In this document: piece by piece, positions 20,643 to 30,397 of the stretch | Layout of the letters: each line of letters starts with the position of its first letter | Position numbering within the stretch: position 1 is the stretch's first letter | IMG/VR virus record: IMGVR_UViG_3300036985_004624 | Length of the DNA stretch: 64,000 nucleotides | From: a virus | Reading direction: 5' to 3' (one strand) | Position numbers and translations under genes: made by a program | The notes under the pieces: generated by a model | What the model was told of the DNA's origin: nothing | The model's database searches: none | What the model saw: only the letters and a program-made list of their open reading frames with translations

Positions 20643-21499
20643 TCTTTACTACCGGTTAATCTAATTACTGTATTGACTAATTCTGTTTCTCTTAATACAG
20701 TTAATCTATTTTCTTTATCGAATCCAATCATCGCCTTAACATCCTTAGGGAAGCAGGTGCCTCCATACCCGAATTGCCCATCCGGTCCAGGCACATCCAG
20801 ATGAGAATGACCGATCCTTAAATCAGTGTCTAGCAGATTTATGAATTCAGACCAATCCATGCCTGATACATGATCGTAGTCATCGTATGTATCTTTATAC
20901 AACTGATAAAGTTGATTCATAAATACGACTTTGCTTGCAAGATAAGAATTTATAGCATATTTGGCTAATGCTGCTGCTCTATAATCAACAATATTAAATA
21001 TAACATCCGTACAATTAATATTAGAATGATTTTCATATATTGATTGTAAGAGCTTGCAATCAAAAAAACTTCCTGCCATAATTATCTGATAAGGTGTTAG
21101 GGCATCTTTTTCCCAATCTCTTTCTCTTAGAAATTCGGGAGAATATATGTATCGTAAAGGCCCCTCTTTATTCATTACCTTATCTCTACCAAATCTAATA
21201 TAAAGATCGTCGACTATGGTAGGAGGCAATGTACTCTTTAATACAACAATACCTTTATATTCTATATTTACTAATTGTTCGAATATGTTATAAATTACTG
21301 ATGCGTCGACCGACCTATCATCTAAGGTAGGGGCATTTATCGAAACAAAAACAAGCGGCGGCTCACGTATTCGTAAATCTGATATTACTATATTCGAATG
21401 TCGCGGATCGATTATAATCGCTTCCGTATTATGCTCGAATGCCTTATGACATGCCTTGCCTACAAATCCGTATCCTATAAATGCAATGCTTTTTAACAT
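20639..21499 (-). CDS. ugd: UDP-glucose/GDP-mannose 6-dehydrogenase family
   Basis: GYGFVG Rossmann motif, KSTLPP, SPEFLRE, GYGGTCFPKD. Confidence 0.85.
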   Translation of the reverse strand: MLKSIAFIGYGFVGKACHKAFEHNTEAIIIDPRHSNIVISDLRIREPPLVFVSINAPTLDDRSVDASVIYNIFEQLVNIEYKGIVVLKSTLPPTIVDDLYIRFGRDKVMNKEGPLRYIYSPEFLRERDWEKDALTPYQIIMAGSFFDCKLLQSIYENHSNINCTDVIFNIVDYRAAALAKYAINSYLASKVVFMNQLYQLYKDTYDDYDHVSGMDWSEFINLLDTDLRIGHSHLDVPGPDGQFGYGGTCFPKDVKAMIGFDKENRLTVLRETELVNTVIRLTGSKE

Positions 21500-21512
21500 A
21501 TTTCCCTTTTAT

Positions 21513-21542
21513 CAAAAGAATAGGGCTTAACGGCCCTATTCT
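21513..21542 (-). terminator. intrinsic terminator
   Basis: AGAATAGGGC / GCCCTATTCT stem followed by TTT on the minus strand. Confidence 0.7.
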
Positions 21543-21726
21543 GTGTGTACTGGATTCCCCTGTTAAACTTTTACATCTAACCCCAGTTCCCCGTCCTATA
21601 TTAAGGAACCTCCGCGGTTACATTTCTCTTGTAGGAAAAAGTGCCGCTCCATCAATAAATAAAACGCATGTATACCATGCACGGTATTTTACACATAGGC
21701 GCCATCGATCAATCATAGGTACACAA
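21543..21726 (-). ncRNA. candidate structured ncRNA (unknown family)
   Basis: non-coding gap closed by TGTGTAC/GTACACA and followed by a terminator. Confidence 0.35.
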
Positions 21727-21749
21727 ACCGGCTCTACATAGCCACACAC

Positions 21750-22115
21750 TCATTTTAAAACACCTAAATTATAATACGTCTCGCATTGCGATGCTGCAAG
21801 AGCTGCTATTTTATCTTCGTACGGTGTCTCATCTATTAACTTTTTCTTTCCGTATATCTTAGAAACTACATTATTAAAATTATGTATCAAATCATATAAA
21901 TTGTTCTGTACAATTTTGGTATACGAAGTAGACTGTTTCTTTATATACTCTTCAATGCACGTTGCAATTTTCGCTTCTTTGATTAGATCTATATGTTCTA
22001 CGGAAGGTGTTATTTCTGGAAATATGTCGTTCGATTTTGCTATACTACTCAAAGGCAACATACATACCAAAAATAACACAGTAATTATGCCTACTCGGAG
22101 GCATAATTTCTTCAC
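21750..22115 (-). CDS. secreted/periplasmic hypothetical protein
   Basis: N-terminal signal-like hydrophobic segment; two Cys in the mature part. Confidence 0.6.
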   Translation of the reverse strand: MKKLCLRVGIITVLFLVCMLPLSSIAKSNDIFPEITPSVEHIDLIKEAKIATCIEEYIKKQSTSYTKIVQNNLYDLIHNFNNVVSKIYGKKKLIDETPYEDKIAALAASQCETYYNLGVLK

Positions 22116-22120
22116 TGGAT

Positions 22121-23191
22121 TTACTCCAGTTCTTCGTCCGTTCCGGCAAGAACAATCTTCAACATAGCCTTCTTTTGCTGACTATTCTTCTCGACGCGAT
22201 CTGTGGCTTCTTCCAATGTCATATCAGTGTATTCGACCCAACCGCCATAAACACGGACCAAGTCGTACAACTGATCTTCATCTTCGTCCTCGAATTCGCC
22301 ATCCTCGTGTACGCATGTACAACCTCCACAATCGTCCGAACAATCGTCTTTAGGGAAAGGCCAGCTGCCACTAGGAACATCCGGCGATGTAGTGAACGGC
22401 CACGCAGATTGTGGACTTAATGTAGTAGTCTTTGCCTTGGGCGAGTATTCGCGATTGACTACTTCATTGAATGCTTCCTTAGGATCGCCACCGACCTGGC
22501 CCACAACTTCGTATCTGCAGCAACGACCTTTTGCACCGTCGTAATCGGTAGGAATACTAACAACATCGGCTGGATTGATCTTCAAGATCATAACGGGGTC
22601 GTCAACGCAGCCGAAACCGGCCAAATAGCTTTCGCTACAGAAGTGTAGACCTGACGAACAGTAAGAATCAGGGTTATCGTCAACCAAATTTCGTTCCATT
22701 TCTACAATTTGTCCGATACTGTTATCGATAGTCCTTGTGTGAAGATCTTTATAATTAGTGTTCACCTTCTTAAATGCAAGGAAATAGCCATCTTCCGTGA
22801 TAGGCAAACTATTCTTTTCCAAGAACCCATATACTTGTTCTACAGACCGCTTAGATGGATTATCCATCAAGTTTTCCATAAAATTAATCATAGGATCAAC
22901 AGGAAAACCTTCCTGATACATTTCCAGCATACGCACAGACAATGCATTATGGAATGGTTCTTCCTTCCACATAACAATGCCGTCTTCTACTGTAACAAAA
23001 CCGCGACCAAAATTGATGATTGCCTTCTTAGGTTCGACTAAATCACGCAATTCGTCCCAGTCCGAGTCCTTCAATGCTTCGACAATCTTCTCATAATTCA
23101 TATGAGTGTCGCGACTAATGGTATGACTTTTACCGTCCAATACCAAAATAATGTTTTTACCTTGCAAAAGATAAGCGGGAGTTGAGTTCAT
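22121..23191 (-). CDS. rIIB: RIIB protein
   Basis: NLMDNPS, LPITEDGYFLAFK, CSSGLHFCS, INPADVVSIP.DY and KGRCCRYEV motifs. Confidence 0.9.
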   Translation of the reverse strand: MNSTPAYLLQGKNIILVLDGKSHTISRDTHMNYEKIVEALKDSDWDELRDLVEPKKAIINFGRGFVTVEDGIVMWKEEPFHNALSVRMLEMYQEGFPVDPMINFMENLMDNPSKRSVEQVYGFLEKNSLPITEDGYFLAFKKVNTNYKDLHTRTIDNSIGQIVEMERNLVDDNPDSYCSSGLHFCSESYLAGFGCVDDPVMILKINPADVVSIPTDYDGAKGRCCRYEVVGQVGGDPKEAFNEVVNREYSPKAKTTTLSPQSAWPFTTSPDVPSGSWPFPKDDCSDDCGGCTCVHEDGEFEDEDEDQLYDLVRVYGGWVEYTDMTLEEATDRVEKNSQQKKAMLKIVLAGTDEELE

Positions 23192-23216
23192 AAAATGCCT
23201 TTCTGTGTAATGTTAA

Positions 23217-23245
23217 ATTATATAGTGAAAAATCTACAATGTCAA
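23217..23245 (-). promoter_or_regulatory. consensus sigma70 promoter for rIIB
   Basis: TTGACA-17 nt-TATAAT, perfect consensus. Confidence 0.8.
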
Positions 23246-23259
23246 ATATGGTTGTATAT

Positions 23260-25392
23260 TTACCCTTTATCGACCAAGTTAATATAATGTGCTACGTGAC
23301 CTGCATCAGCACTGGAAATATAGTCTAGCAAAGGATACTTATTCTTAATCTTCTTCTTTTCGTCGGCAATTTCCTGACGTATCCGATCCACACGAATTGC
23401 CTTACCGTATGTACCCGATAAAGAAACAATTGCGTCCAAACCAACTTCTTGTTTCTTTATATTACCATATTTATTAACAAATATAGCATAATCGGATGTC
23501 GGTAATACTTTATTGGCAATACTTTTATTGGTATATATTTCGTGACCATACTGAGTAAGGACAGAAGATGCAACCATCGCCGAAACCATAGCATCTGATA
23601 TTTTAGCTGTTTCTTTATGCAAAATATCTTCTATCCACTTCCAGTTCTTTAAGTTTTTAATATCCTTAATGCGACTCTTTTGCACACCGATGACACTAAT
23701 CTCGGTCAAACTATCAATTTTCGCCGTATCGATTAAATCTTTGACATGTTTTATATTAAAAGCAGTACCGTCGAGTTTAGTCGAAGTTGTATTGGTCAGA
23801 CAAACATAATTGTATGTTGTCTTATCATCCAAATCTTCACGATACGGTGCCCAAACATATTTACATTCAGAACCGCCATATCTTTCATATGTAGCCTTCT
23901 TAGTCAAGATCATAATACCTTGATTAGATAATGCTTCGCGTTTAACTGTTTCTTTCTTGTTAAGTGTGCTTGCCATTACCACAATCGGCGGATTATGTAA
24001 TTCTTTAATGAACTTATTGTATTCGACTTGACGTACGGCTAAGTCCGGTGACGAATGCGATACGCAATATACATTAACCGAAGAGCCAGGCAGATTAGAA
24101 TAATGATACTGAGCTCTTGCCACTGCACCAGTTTTCAGATCGTTCAAAACAATGATGACATCTTTATCGACAGGAATCTTCGAAGTTTTTACATATACAC
24201 CATTTATATGATCAGTACCGTCACCAATCTTATGACCGGATCTGCTCGAATTAACATACCGAGCCGAAATACTAAGTCCACGAGTAAGTAAATCAGAAAC
24301 AGGAAATGTAAATATTTTCTTTCCGCAATATTGATCTTTATCATACAAAGGGAATTTTGTATCCTTCGCATATTTCTTTACCGCGCTGCCGTAGAGTTTG
24401 GAGTTAGCCTGTTCATTCAGATAAAATGCACGTTCCCATTCACTTGTAAGTGCATCTGCCTTTAAAGCAAGGTGCTTGGCCAAATTAGCATTCAGTAAGT
24501 CTAATTTACGCTTAATGCTTGCGATAGTGATAGGAACATAACTCAACACTTCACGAGATGCTGCAAAATCTAGTTCTCCAATGTTAAATTCGAGAACCAA
24601 TCCACAAGACAACAATTGAGCTGTATCCGGGAAGTGCTTTTCTGGTTCCGAAATATTCAACGGGTAACAAATATTGCCCATCAATGCAATAGACGTGGAA
24701 TTGTAATTGTATCCCGATTCCATTGTATGAACGCCAGGAACAATATCTGTCTCAATATACTTAGGTGTTGTATGTTCAAATCGAGTGCCAATAACTTTAG
24801 GTTTATTCTTAAACCACTTGAATACATTGGATGATTCATACTTAAAGCTGTCATAGTCTTGCCTATTAACAACACTGAATTTTACTTCAACACCGTTGCC
24901 TGCTTCAGTAGGCTCAGTATTCATCTCTGCAATACTAGGCACACCCATATCGTTAATAAATGCGCTATAGATACGCTTAATGCCATCCTTAATAGCTGTA
25001 ACTGTAAAATTCTCAGTATAACTAAATGGCGATTTAGATCCAAGACCCAATGCACCAATATAGTCATTGGAATCCGTCTTAGTAGACTCGAAATAAGTTG
25101 TATAGATATTAGTTACTTGATCGCCATCCAAGCCAAGACCAAAATCTTGTACGGAAAACCAGGGTTCTAACATAGAAGGTAGATGCACCTCGAACGGCAC
25201 TTCTGTTTTTCCTGCTGCAACATGACTATCCACCGCATTGCACGATAGCTCACGAATGATAGCTTTAATCTTATTCGAATATAATCCGGAACTAAGAATA
25301 GAAAAAGCTTTTGCTGAATTGCGAATTCTAAATTCGCCTACTGTACCCACATTAGTTAGTGTAACTACATTTACATCGTTGCTAAGTTGCAT
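23260..25392 (-). CDS. rIIA: RIIA protein (GHKL ATPase N-terminus)
   Basis: LYSNKIKAIIRELSCNAVD, QDFGLG and GALGLGSKSPF motifs; upstream of rIIB. Confidence 0.92.
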   Translation of the reverse strand: MQLSNDVNVVTLTNVGTVGEFRIRNSAKAFSILSSGLYSNKIKAIIRELSCNAVDSHVAAGKTEVPFEVHLPSMLEPWFSVQDFGLGLDGDQVTNIYTTYFESTKTDSNDYIGALGLGSKSPFSYTENFTVTAIKDGIKRIYSAFINDMGVPSIAEMNTEPTEAGNGVEVKFSVVNRQDYDSFKYESSNVFKWFKNKPKVIGTRFEHTTPKYIETDIVPGVHTMESGYNYNSTSIALMGNICYPLNISEPEKHFPDTAQLLSCGLVLEFNIGELDFAASREVLSYVPITIASIKRKLDLLNANLAKHLALKADALTSEWERAFYLNEQANSKLYGSAVKKYAKDTKFPLYDKDQYCGKKIFTFPVSDLLTRGLSISARYVNSSRSGHKIGDGTDHINGVYVKTSKIPVDKDVIIVLNDLKTGAVARAQYHYSNLPGSSVNVYCVSHSSPDLAVRQVEYNKFIKELHNPPIVVMASTLNKKETVKREALSNQGIMILTKKATYERYGGSECKYVWAPYREDLDDKTTYNYVCLTNTTSTKLDGTAFNIKHVKDLIDTAKIDSLTEISVIGVQKSRIKDIKNLKNWKWIEDILHKETAKISDAMVSAMVASSVLTQYGHEIYTNKSIANKVLPTSDYAIFVNKYGNIKKQEVGLDAIVSLSGTYGKAIRVDRIRQEIADEKKKIKNKYPLLDYISSADAGHVAHYINLVDKG

Positions 25393-25557
25393 TGTGTTGT
25401 TCTTTCTATAAATTAAACAATGTAGCTATTATGCACTAAATAGCGATTTGAGTCAAGTCCGGTAAGTAGATTGATAAATAGTGTACACTGTGGAAATAGT
25501 TCCACATTGAATGATGGAGATCCCCTATTAAGGGAGTACCCATTCAAGGAGATTATC

Positions 25558-26922
25558 ATGGGAAGACCCATACAGAAAAAATGGTTCGGACCGGCCACAG
25601 GCACAGGTTCACAAATTGTAGTTAGCGGCGTTAAATTTGCCGACGGAACTACAGCAACAAGCGATTTTATTATCAAACAAACAGGCTCTAATGCTTATGT
25701 TGTGCAAGATTCCGCATTATCACATGATGCAGAAATTGTATTCATGGTTAATGCAACAGACGTAGGAGATTTAAACCCCGGCGAATGTTTCATTCTTGCT
25801 ACACCATTTGGTGGTTCTGCTCTACCATGTGCAAAAATTGCACAATACAGAGTAGATCTATTTGAGGCAGATGGCTCGGTTGCAAGTTATAGTTGGTCAA
25901 CAATACCTGCTGCTGCGCCGGGCGAAGCTGATTTAATTACTGGATCGGGCGGTGTTGGTGCATTGTTAACACTTGCTGTCGACGTTGCCGGGTCTGGATA
26001 TTTTACTGCACCTGCTGTAACACTTACAGGCGGTGGTACAGGTGGTGCTGCTCACGTAACTGTCGCAGGTGCAACTGGAGTAGTAGCAACTGCGGTTATC
26101 GATTCAGCTGGATGGGGATATTCAGGTGTGTCGGTTGCTGCTCCTCCTGCATCAGTTACTGCTGTTTTAACTCCGACGTTGACAAACGGTGTGTTGAGTT
26201 TAGTTGTTGCTAATGCTGCTGCAAATGGATACTATAATGCTGTTCCAGCAGTAACAGTTGCCGCGCCACCGGCCGCTACAACTGCCACTGCCACTGCCAC
26301 TATTTCTGCTGGCCAAGTAAACGGCTATATAACACTTGTAGGCGGCGGTTATTATCCGGCTATACCTTTAATTGCTGTCGGTGCTCCACCGGCACCCGTT
26401 ACTGCTACCGCAACACCCCCATTAAATGATGGTGCTGATGGTGTAACACTAGGCGCATTGGTAATAACTGCTGCTGGCGGGTATTATTCCGTAGAACCAG
26501 TAGTCACATTAGGTGGCGGTAATGGTGATGCTGTTGCTGTCGCAACTGTAGCCAACGGTGTAGTTACTGGTGTAACTGTTACTGGCGCTGGAACAGGCTT
26601 CGTCGGGCTTGTCACTGTTTCTATTGCTGTACCCGACGTGGCACCCGTTCAGGCGGTTCTTAGCGCAGTATTAACAAACGGTGCTGTGACAAGTATCTCC
26701 AGAGATACACTGGGTGCAGGATACCTTGCTGCACCTGGTCTGGTTTTTGATGCTCCTCCAGCGGCTGTTGCTGGTGCTGCAACTGCTACACTGACTGCTC
26801 ATAGAGTCACATCAGTGGCCGGTGTTACTGGGTCTGGATATTTCACAGCGCCGGTAGTGTCGGTTGCGGCAGCAAATGTTGCGCCAGTTCAGGCCACATT
26901 GACTGCTACATTCTCTGTCTAA
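25558..26922 (+). CDS. Ala/Gly/Thr/Val-rich virion structural protein with GxGYxxxPxV repeats (start corrected from 25471)
   Basis: AGGAG RBS before MGRPIQKKWFG; GATAAATA at 25473-25480; repeats GSGYFTAPAV, GGGYYPAIP, GAGYLAAPGL. Confidence 0.75.
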   Translation: MGRPIQKKWFGPATGTGSQIVVSGVKFADGTTATSDFIIKQTGSNAYVVQDSALSHDAEIVFMVNATDVGDLNPGECFILATPFGGSALPCAKIAQYRVDLFEADGSVASYSWSTIPAAAPGEADLITGSGGVGALLTLAVDVAGSGYFTAPAVTLTGGGTGGAAHVTVAGATGVVATAVIDSAGWGYSGVSVAAPPASVTAVLTPTLTNGVLSLVVANAAANGYYNAVPAVTVAAPPAATTATATATISAGQVNGYITLVGGGYYPAIPLIAVGAPPAPVTATATPPLNDGADGVTLGALVITAAGGYYSVEPVVTLGGGNGDAVAVATVANGVVTGVTVTGAGTGFVGLVTVSIAVPDVAPVQAVLSAVLTNGAVTSISRDTLGAGYLAAPGLVFDAPPAAVAGAATATLTAHRVTSVAGVTGSGYFTAPVVSVAAANVAPVQATLTATFSV

Positions 26923-26936
26923 GAAATTTAGCTCAA

Positions 26937-26964
26937 CAAAAAGCCCACTTTATGTGGGCTTTTT
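26937..26964. terminator. bidirectional intrinsic terminator
   Basis: AAAAAGCCCAC-TTTAT-GTGGGCTTTTT between convergent units. Confidence 0.8.
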
Positions 26965-26966
26965 AT

Positions 26967-26992
26967 TGGTACCGCTAGTAGGAATCGAACCC
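26967..26992 (-). pseudogene. 3' remnant of a disrupted tRNA gene (T-loop, acceptor 3' strand, CCA)
   Basis: minus strand GGTTCGATTCCTAC-TAGCGGT-A-CCA. Confidence 0.75.
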
Positions 26993-27023
26993 GGATCTAA
27001 TCTATAATGATGATAAATACTGT

Positions 27024-27689
27024 ATGATTAAATATATAAACTGCTGCCATTGTGGAATACATACAGAATTACCTAAATCAAACCCATATAAAAAGTTTTG
27101 CTCGATTAAATGTGGAGCATTATTTCAAAATAAAGATAAAATAAATCTGTTAGCGATCGAATACGAAAAATCACCTAATATATGTTTCACATGCGAATGT
27201 AATCTGCCGTACTCAAAAAGACATAATAAATATTGTTCACGATCTTGTTCCGCGAAAACTACGAAAAATAATACCACTCACGGAAAATACATAATAACAG
27301 AGAAAGAATGTATTATATGCAAATCTATAACAACCAATAACAAAGTATGTTCGACATCTTGTAGGGAAATTCTATTATCAAAACCAAGAAAATATTTTAC
27401 AGAGGAAGAAAGATTACATGCTAAACGAGCAATACAACGTGAAGCAAATGCCAGGTATTGCGCTAAAAAGAAATATAATACACCAGTTGACGAAGATTTA
27501 TCCGCTATAAAACTTTTTTACAGAAACTGTCCGCCGGGATATGAAGTGGATCATAAAACACCCATATCTAAAGGCGGTGCCCACTCCTTGGTTAATATGC
27601 AATATCTCACAATTTCTGATAATAGAAAAAAACATGCTAAACTAGATTGGTGCCCCGGGGGCGAATCAAACGCCCGACACCATTCTTAG
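27024..27689 (+). CDS. HNH endonuclease with N-terminal Cys-rich zinc-binding repeats (putative homing endonuclease)
   Basis: YEVDHKTPISKGGAHSLVNMQYLTISDNRKK HNH motif; repeated CxxC...FCSxxC; own late motif at 27012-27019. Confidence 0.85.
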   Translation: MIKYINCCHCGIHTELPKSNPYKKFCSIKCGALFQNKDKINLLAIEYEKSPNICFTCECNLPYSKRHNKYCSRSCSAKTTKNNTTHGKYIITEKECIICKSITTNNKVCSTSCREILLSKPRKYFTEEERLHAKRAIQREANARYCAKKKYNTPVDEDLSAIKLFYRNCPPGYEVDHKTPISKGGAHSLVNMQYLTISDNRKKHAKLDWCPGGESNARHHS

Positions 27690-27723
27690 GAGGAATGTAC
27701 TCTATTCACTGAGCTACCGGGGC
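27648..27723 (-). tRNA. tRNA-Arg(CCT), with A19/U56
   Basis: GCCCCGG/CCGGGGC acceptor, CATTC-CTCCTAA-GAATG anticodon arm, encoded CCA. Confidence 0.9.
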
Positions 27724-27750
27724 CTATTCTATCCATTGAACTATAGCGAT
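27724..27750 (-). pseudogene. 5' remnant of the disrupted tRNA gene (acceptor 5' strand + D-arm)
   Basis: ATCGCTA-TA-GTTC-AATGGATA-GAAT; ATCGCTA pairs with TAGCGGT of the 26967-26992 remnant. Confidence 0.75.
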
Positions 27751-27751
27751 T

Positions 27752-27985
27752 TTATGTTTCACTTAACGCCTGTCGAAATCCTGTATATCCGCCCGGAACA
27801 AAAGACCCATCTATAAAAATTTGTGGCACAGTTCGTACTTTTGTACCGATTCTATCTTCTAAAGTTTGAAGATTCGAACCTTCTCTAACATTTATATAGT
27901 TGTATTGTATATCATTTGTTTCACATAATTGAACTGCTTGTGTGCAATAGGTACATGAATCCGCTCCGTAAATCTCTACCTGCAT
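27752..27985 (-). CDS. glutaredoxin
   Basis: CTYC active site, TVPQIF and GGY motifs. Confidence 0.88.
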   Translation of the reverse strand: MQVEIYGADSCTYCTQAVQLCETNDIQYNYINVREGSNLQTLEDRIGTKVRTVPQIFIDGSFVPGGYTGFRQALSET

Positions 27986-28029
27986 ATTGTGTCTCCGTTA
28001 AGTTACTTACTTACCTAAAAACTTGTAGG

Positions 28030-28239
28030 TTAATCTATAAATGACATAAATTCTAGCCGACCATCTGGATACTCGAATAGCCCCAATAATGATACATTTT
28101 CTCTACGATTTCGTCCCTGCGGATATTCTGCTATCTTAATGACTAATACATTTTTTCGGTATGTTTCTGTTATCTTAACTACTTCGCCTTTGTATCCTTC
28201 GAACTGAAGTTTACTGCCTTCTTTATAATATGATGCCAT
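28030..28239 (-). CDS. hypothetical protein
   Basis: 69-aa ORF with RBS. Confidence 0.55.
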   Translation of the reverse strand: MASYYKEGSKLQFEGYKGEVVKITETYRKNVLVIKIAEYPQGRNRRENVSLLGLFEYPDGRLEFMSFID

Positions 28240-28250
28240 TATGCCTTTTA

Positions 28251-29180
28251 TTAAATCCCCGGAATCGTGCCAGTAAACGACGGAGAAGATTTTATACCTT
28301 CTAAATCAGAATATGTTGTACACATTGGCAATTTGCATATAATGGGCTCCTTAGATAAAGTAAATCCTGTAAAAATATTACTTAAATTTGCACCCTGATT
28401 ACAGCAAGTATTCGAAACATTGCCTATTTCATCAATCCGAACATAGGTATTAGGTACATGACATGTCCACCCGGTATATCTGTTCATATTTTTTGATACC
28501 ATCTCTGCTGGATCTGTTCGATATATAATTTCATCATTGTGATTATATATCCGTACCCATTTATCCACTGGATATGCCGATTCCGATATCCACGATATCT
28601 GTTCGGATGTATATCTTTCATTAACAGTTTGCCAATTATCCATAATTGCCTTTGTTGTCACAGAAAATCCGGCAGCGACTAATATATTATATACTGCAAT
28701 GCATTCATCCCATCTGTCGGGCAGCATCATTAAGCAAATTTTTCCTAACTTCTTATGCACGTTATAGATGAGATCAGCAATAGCTATAAATCTATCTAAA
28801 TTAGCATACTCTAAATGATAGGATAGAAATACAGCATTTATCATTGGTGTAATTCTTTCCCAGAATGCAATAGGTCTTGCACCATTACTTAATAAGTTAA
28901 TATTAATATAATCTGGTTTCTCTAAAATAATCTTTTCAATATCTGGATGATACGTCGGTTCGCCGCCACCTAATAACACATCACACGGTGGTAATTTTTT
29001 CAATGTATCCTGTACCACCTGTGTATTATGAAACGGAGAATTCCCCGAATAAAATTTAGGAATACAATAGCTGCACCGATATGTGCATATGTTGCCTAAT
29101 ATCCAGTATACTTTTATATTTCTGCGAGATTTGCCATCTATATAAGCTACTTCCGGATCATAAATATTCAATTCATTCAT
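28251..29180 (-). CDS. radical SAM protein with C-terminal Cys-rich (SPASM/twitch-like) segment
   Basis: CTYRCSYC, GGGEPT. Confidence 0.85.
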   Translation of the reverse strand: MNELNIYDPEVAYIDGKSRRNIKVYWILGNICTYRCSYCIPKFYSGNSPFHNTQVVQDTLKKLPPCDVLLGGGEPTYHPDIEKIILEKPDYININLLSNGARPIAFWERITPMINAVFLSYHLEYANLDRFIAIADLIYNVHKKLGKICLMMLPDRWDECIAVYNILVAAGFSVTTKAIMDNWQTVNERYTSEQISWISESAYPVDKWVRIYNHNDEIIYRTDPAEMVSKNMNRYTGWTCHVPNTYVRIDEIGNVSNTCCNQGANLSNIFTGFTLSKEPIICKLPMCTTYSDLEGIKSSPSFTGTIPGI

Positions 29181-29446
29181 ACAATACTTATCTGACTTGC
29201 TGCTATCATTTTTGCTGCAATTTCCTCTGCTCTGGCCTGTATATCCGATTTAGTCATACACGCTTTCTTCCTGATTAATGCATCTCTTACCCATTGCGGG
29301 AAATGAGATCCTTCTAAGTTGGCAAGTTGCTCGGCCGTATAATTATCTAAATTATCTAGTACAAGTTGAACGTCTGGCTTCTTTTTCATTTTATTAAAAA
29401 ACGAATCTTTGTATCCGCGTGGGCCTAAAGCATAATTACCTTCCAT
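29177..29446 (-). CDS. hypothetical protein (likely start MEGNYALG)
   Basis: the internal Met abuts the upstream gene's stop. Confidence 0.5.
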   Translation of the reverse strand: MEGNYALGPRGYKDSFFNKMKKKPDVQLVLDNLDNYTAEQLANLEGSHFPQWVRDALIRKKACMTKSDIQARAEEIAAKMIAASQISIV

Positions 29447-29447
29447 A

Positions 29448-29921
29448 TTAATATACCATCTTAGATTTATCGAACTTAAAATAGTATACTCGGCCGTTAC
29501 CATATGAGCTAGGTATATATTGATGCATACCGCCGCACTCGACAGCTTTATACATATACATCCTGCCTTCATAAAGAAATATGAGTGCTAGGTAATCTAA
29601 CCTCTTAATCTCTGCTGCCTTCTTGTATTGCTCGAATTTATCATCTACCGTAAAGCATTTATTACCATTTATTGTATATATAGAATTTTTAGATTTTACA
29701 TCTACCGCAAATGTTCCTTTGGTAGGATTTTTATTATATACTGCGAAATCTGGGAGAACTACTTTACCTTCTGTCCCGTATAAGCAAGGTCCTGCAAATT
29801 CTCCGTGTTTCTGTTGCCGGAGATCTTCTACGTAGCTATTATGTGCCACCAAATATGGATAGACCAGATTCTCTGCATCTATCCCCATCTCTAATTTTTC
29901 TTTAAAGTGCTCTGATTGCAT
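29448..29921 (-). CDS. PD-(D/E)XK nuclease-like protein
   Basis: AE...LPDF...VDVKSK. Confidence 0.6.
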   Translation of the reverse strand: MQSEHFKEKLEMGIDAENLVYPYLVAHNSYVEDLRQQKHGEFAGPCLYGTEGKVVLPDFAVYNKNPTKGTFAVDVKSKNSIYTINGNKCFTVDDKFEQYKKAAEIKRLDYLALIFLYEGRMYMYKAVECGGMHQYIPSSYGNGRVYYFKFDKSKMVY

Positions 29922-30380
29922 CTCTTACACGCATTAAAGTAATACCTAATAAGTTTTGGCCACGCCAAGTGTTTTGATCTAGTGCGCGTGGATCCTCTTC
30001 GGTGAGTCCAATACCCCAAATTCTGTCAACGGGGCTTGCCTCAACAATGATTGTATCGCCTGTATTTAATAGTGCTTCTTTCAATAAAGGGTTCTGATTA
30101 AATTTTTCAAATAAACCTTCTACCATTATATCGACTCGCTTTGCTGACCAGATTGCTTCATCATAATTAGCTACCATTCTGCCTAAATCTTTCTGTTCTT
30201 TAGGATTTCCGGTTAAGAGGATGGCATGAGCGGTATTGATATCGCCAAACATAATAGCTTTTTGGTACATCATGTATTGTTCGCCGCGGGAAAAAGAAAT
30301 ACCGTTATGAGTAAAAATACTAGGGTACCAATTTGAGAAGGGCATCTATTCTGCCAAAAAAATGTAAAGTTATGTGTCAT
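29902..30380 (-). CDS. NADAR (YbiA-like) family protein, apparently frameshifted near the N-terminus
   Basis: PFSNW, EQYMM.QKA.MFGD, IVEASP.DRIWGIG and GQNLLG motifs; upstream MTHNFTFFWQNR lies in another frame. Confidence 0.75.
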
Positions 30381-30397
30381 TGTTTTCTTTCGTTATT

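Noticed and set aside
26967-27750. Group I intron in the split tRNA
   Set aside because: The insert is fully occupied by an antisense ORF and a complete tRNA; there is no P7/catalytic core, and the anticodon arm is missing, so splicing would not restore a tRNA.
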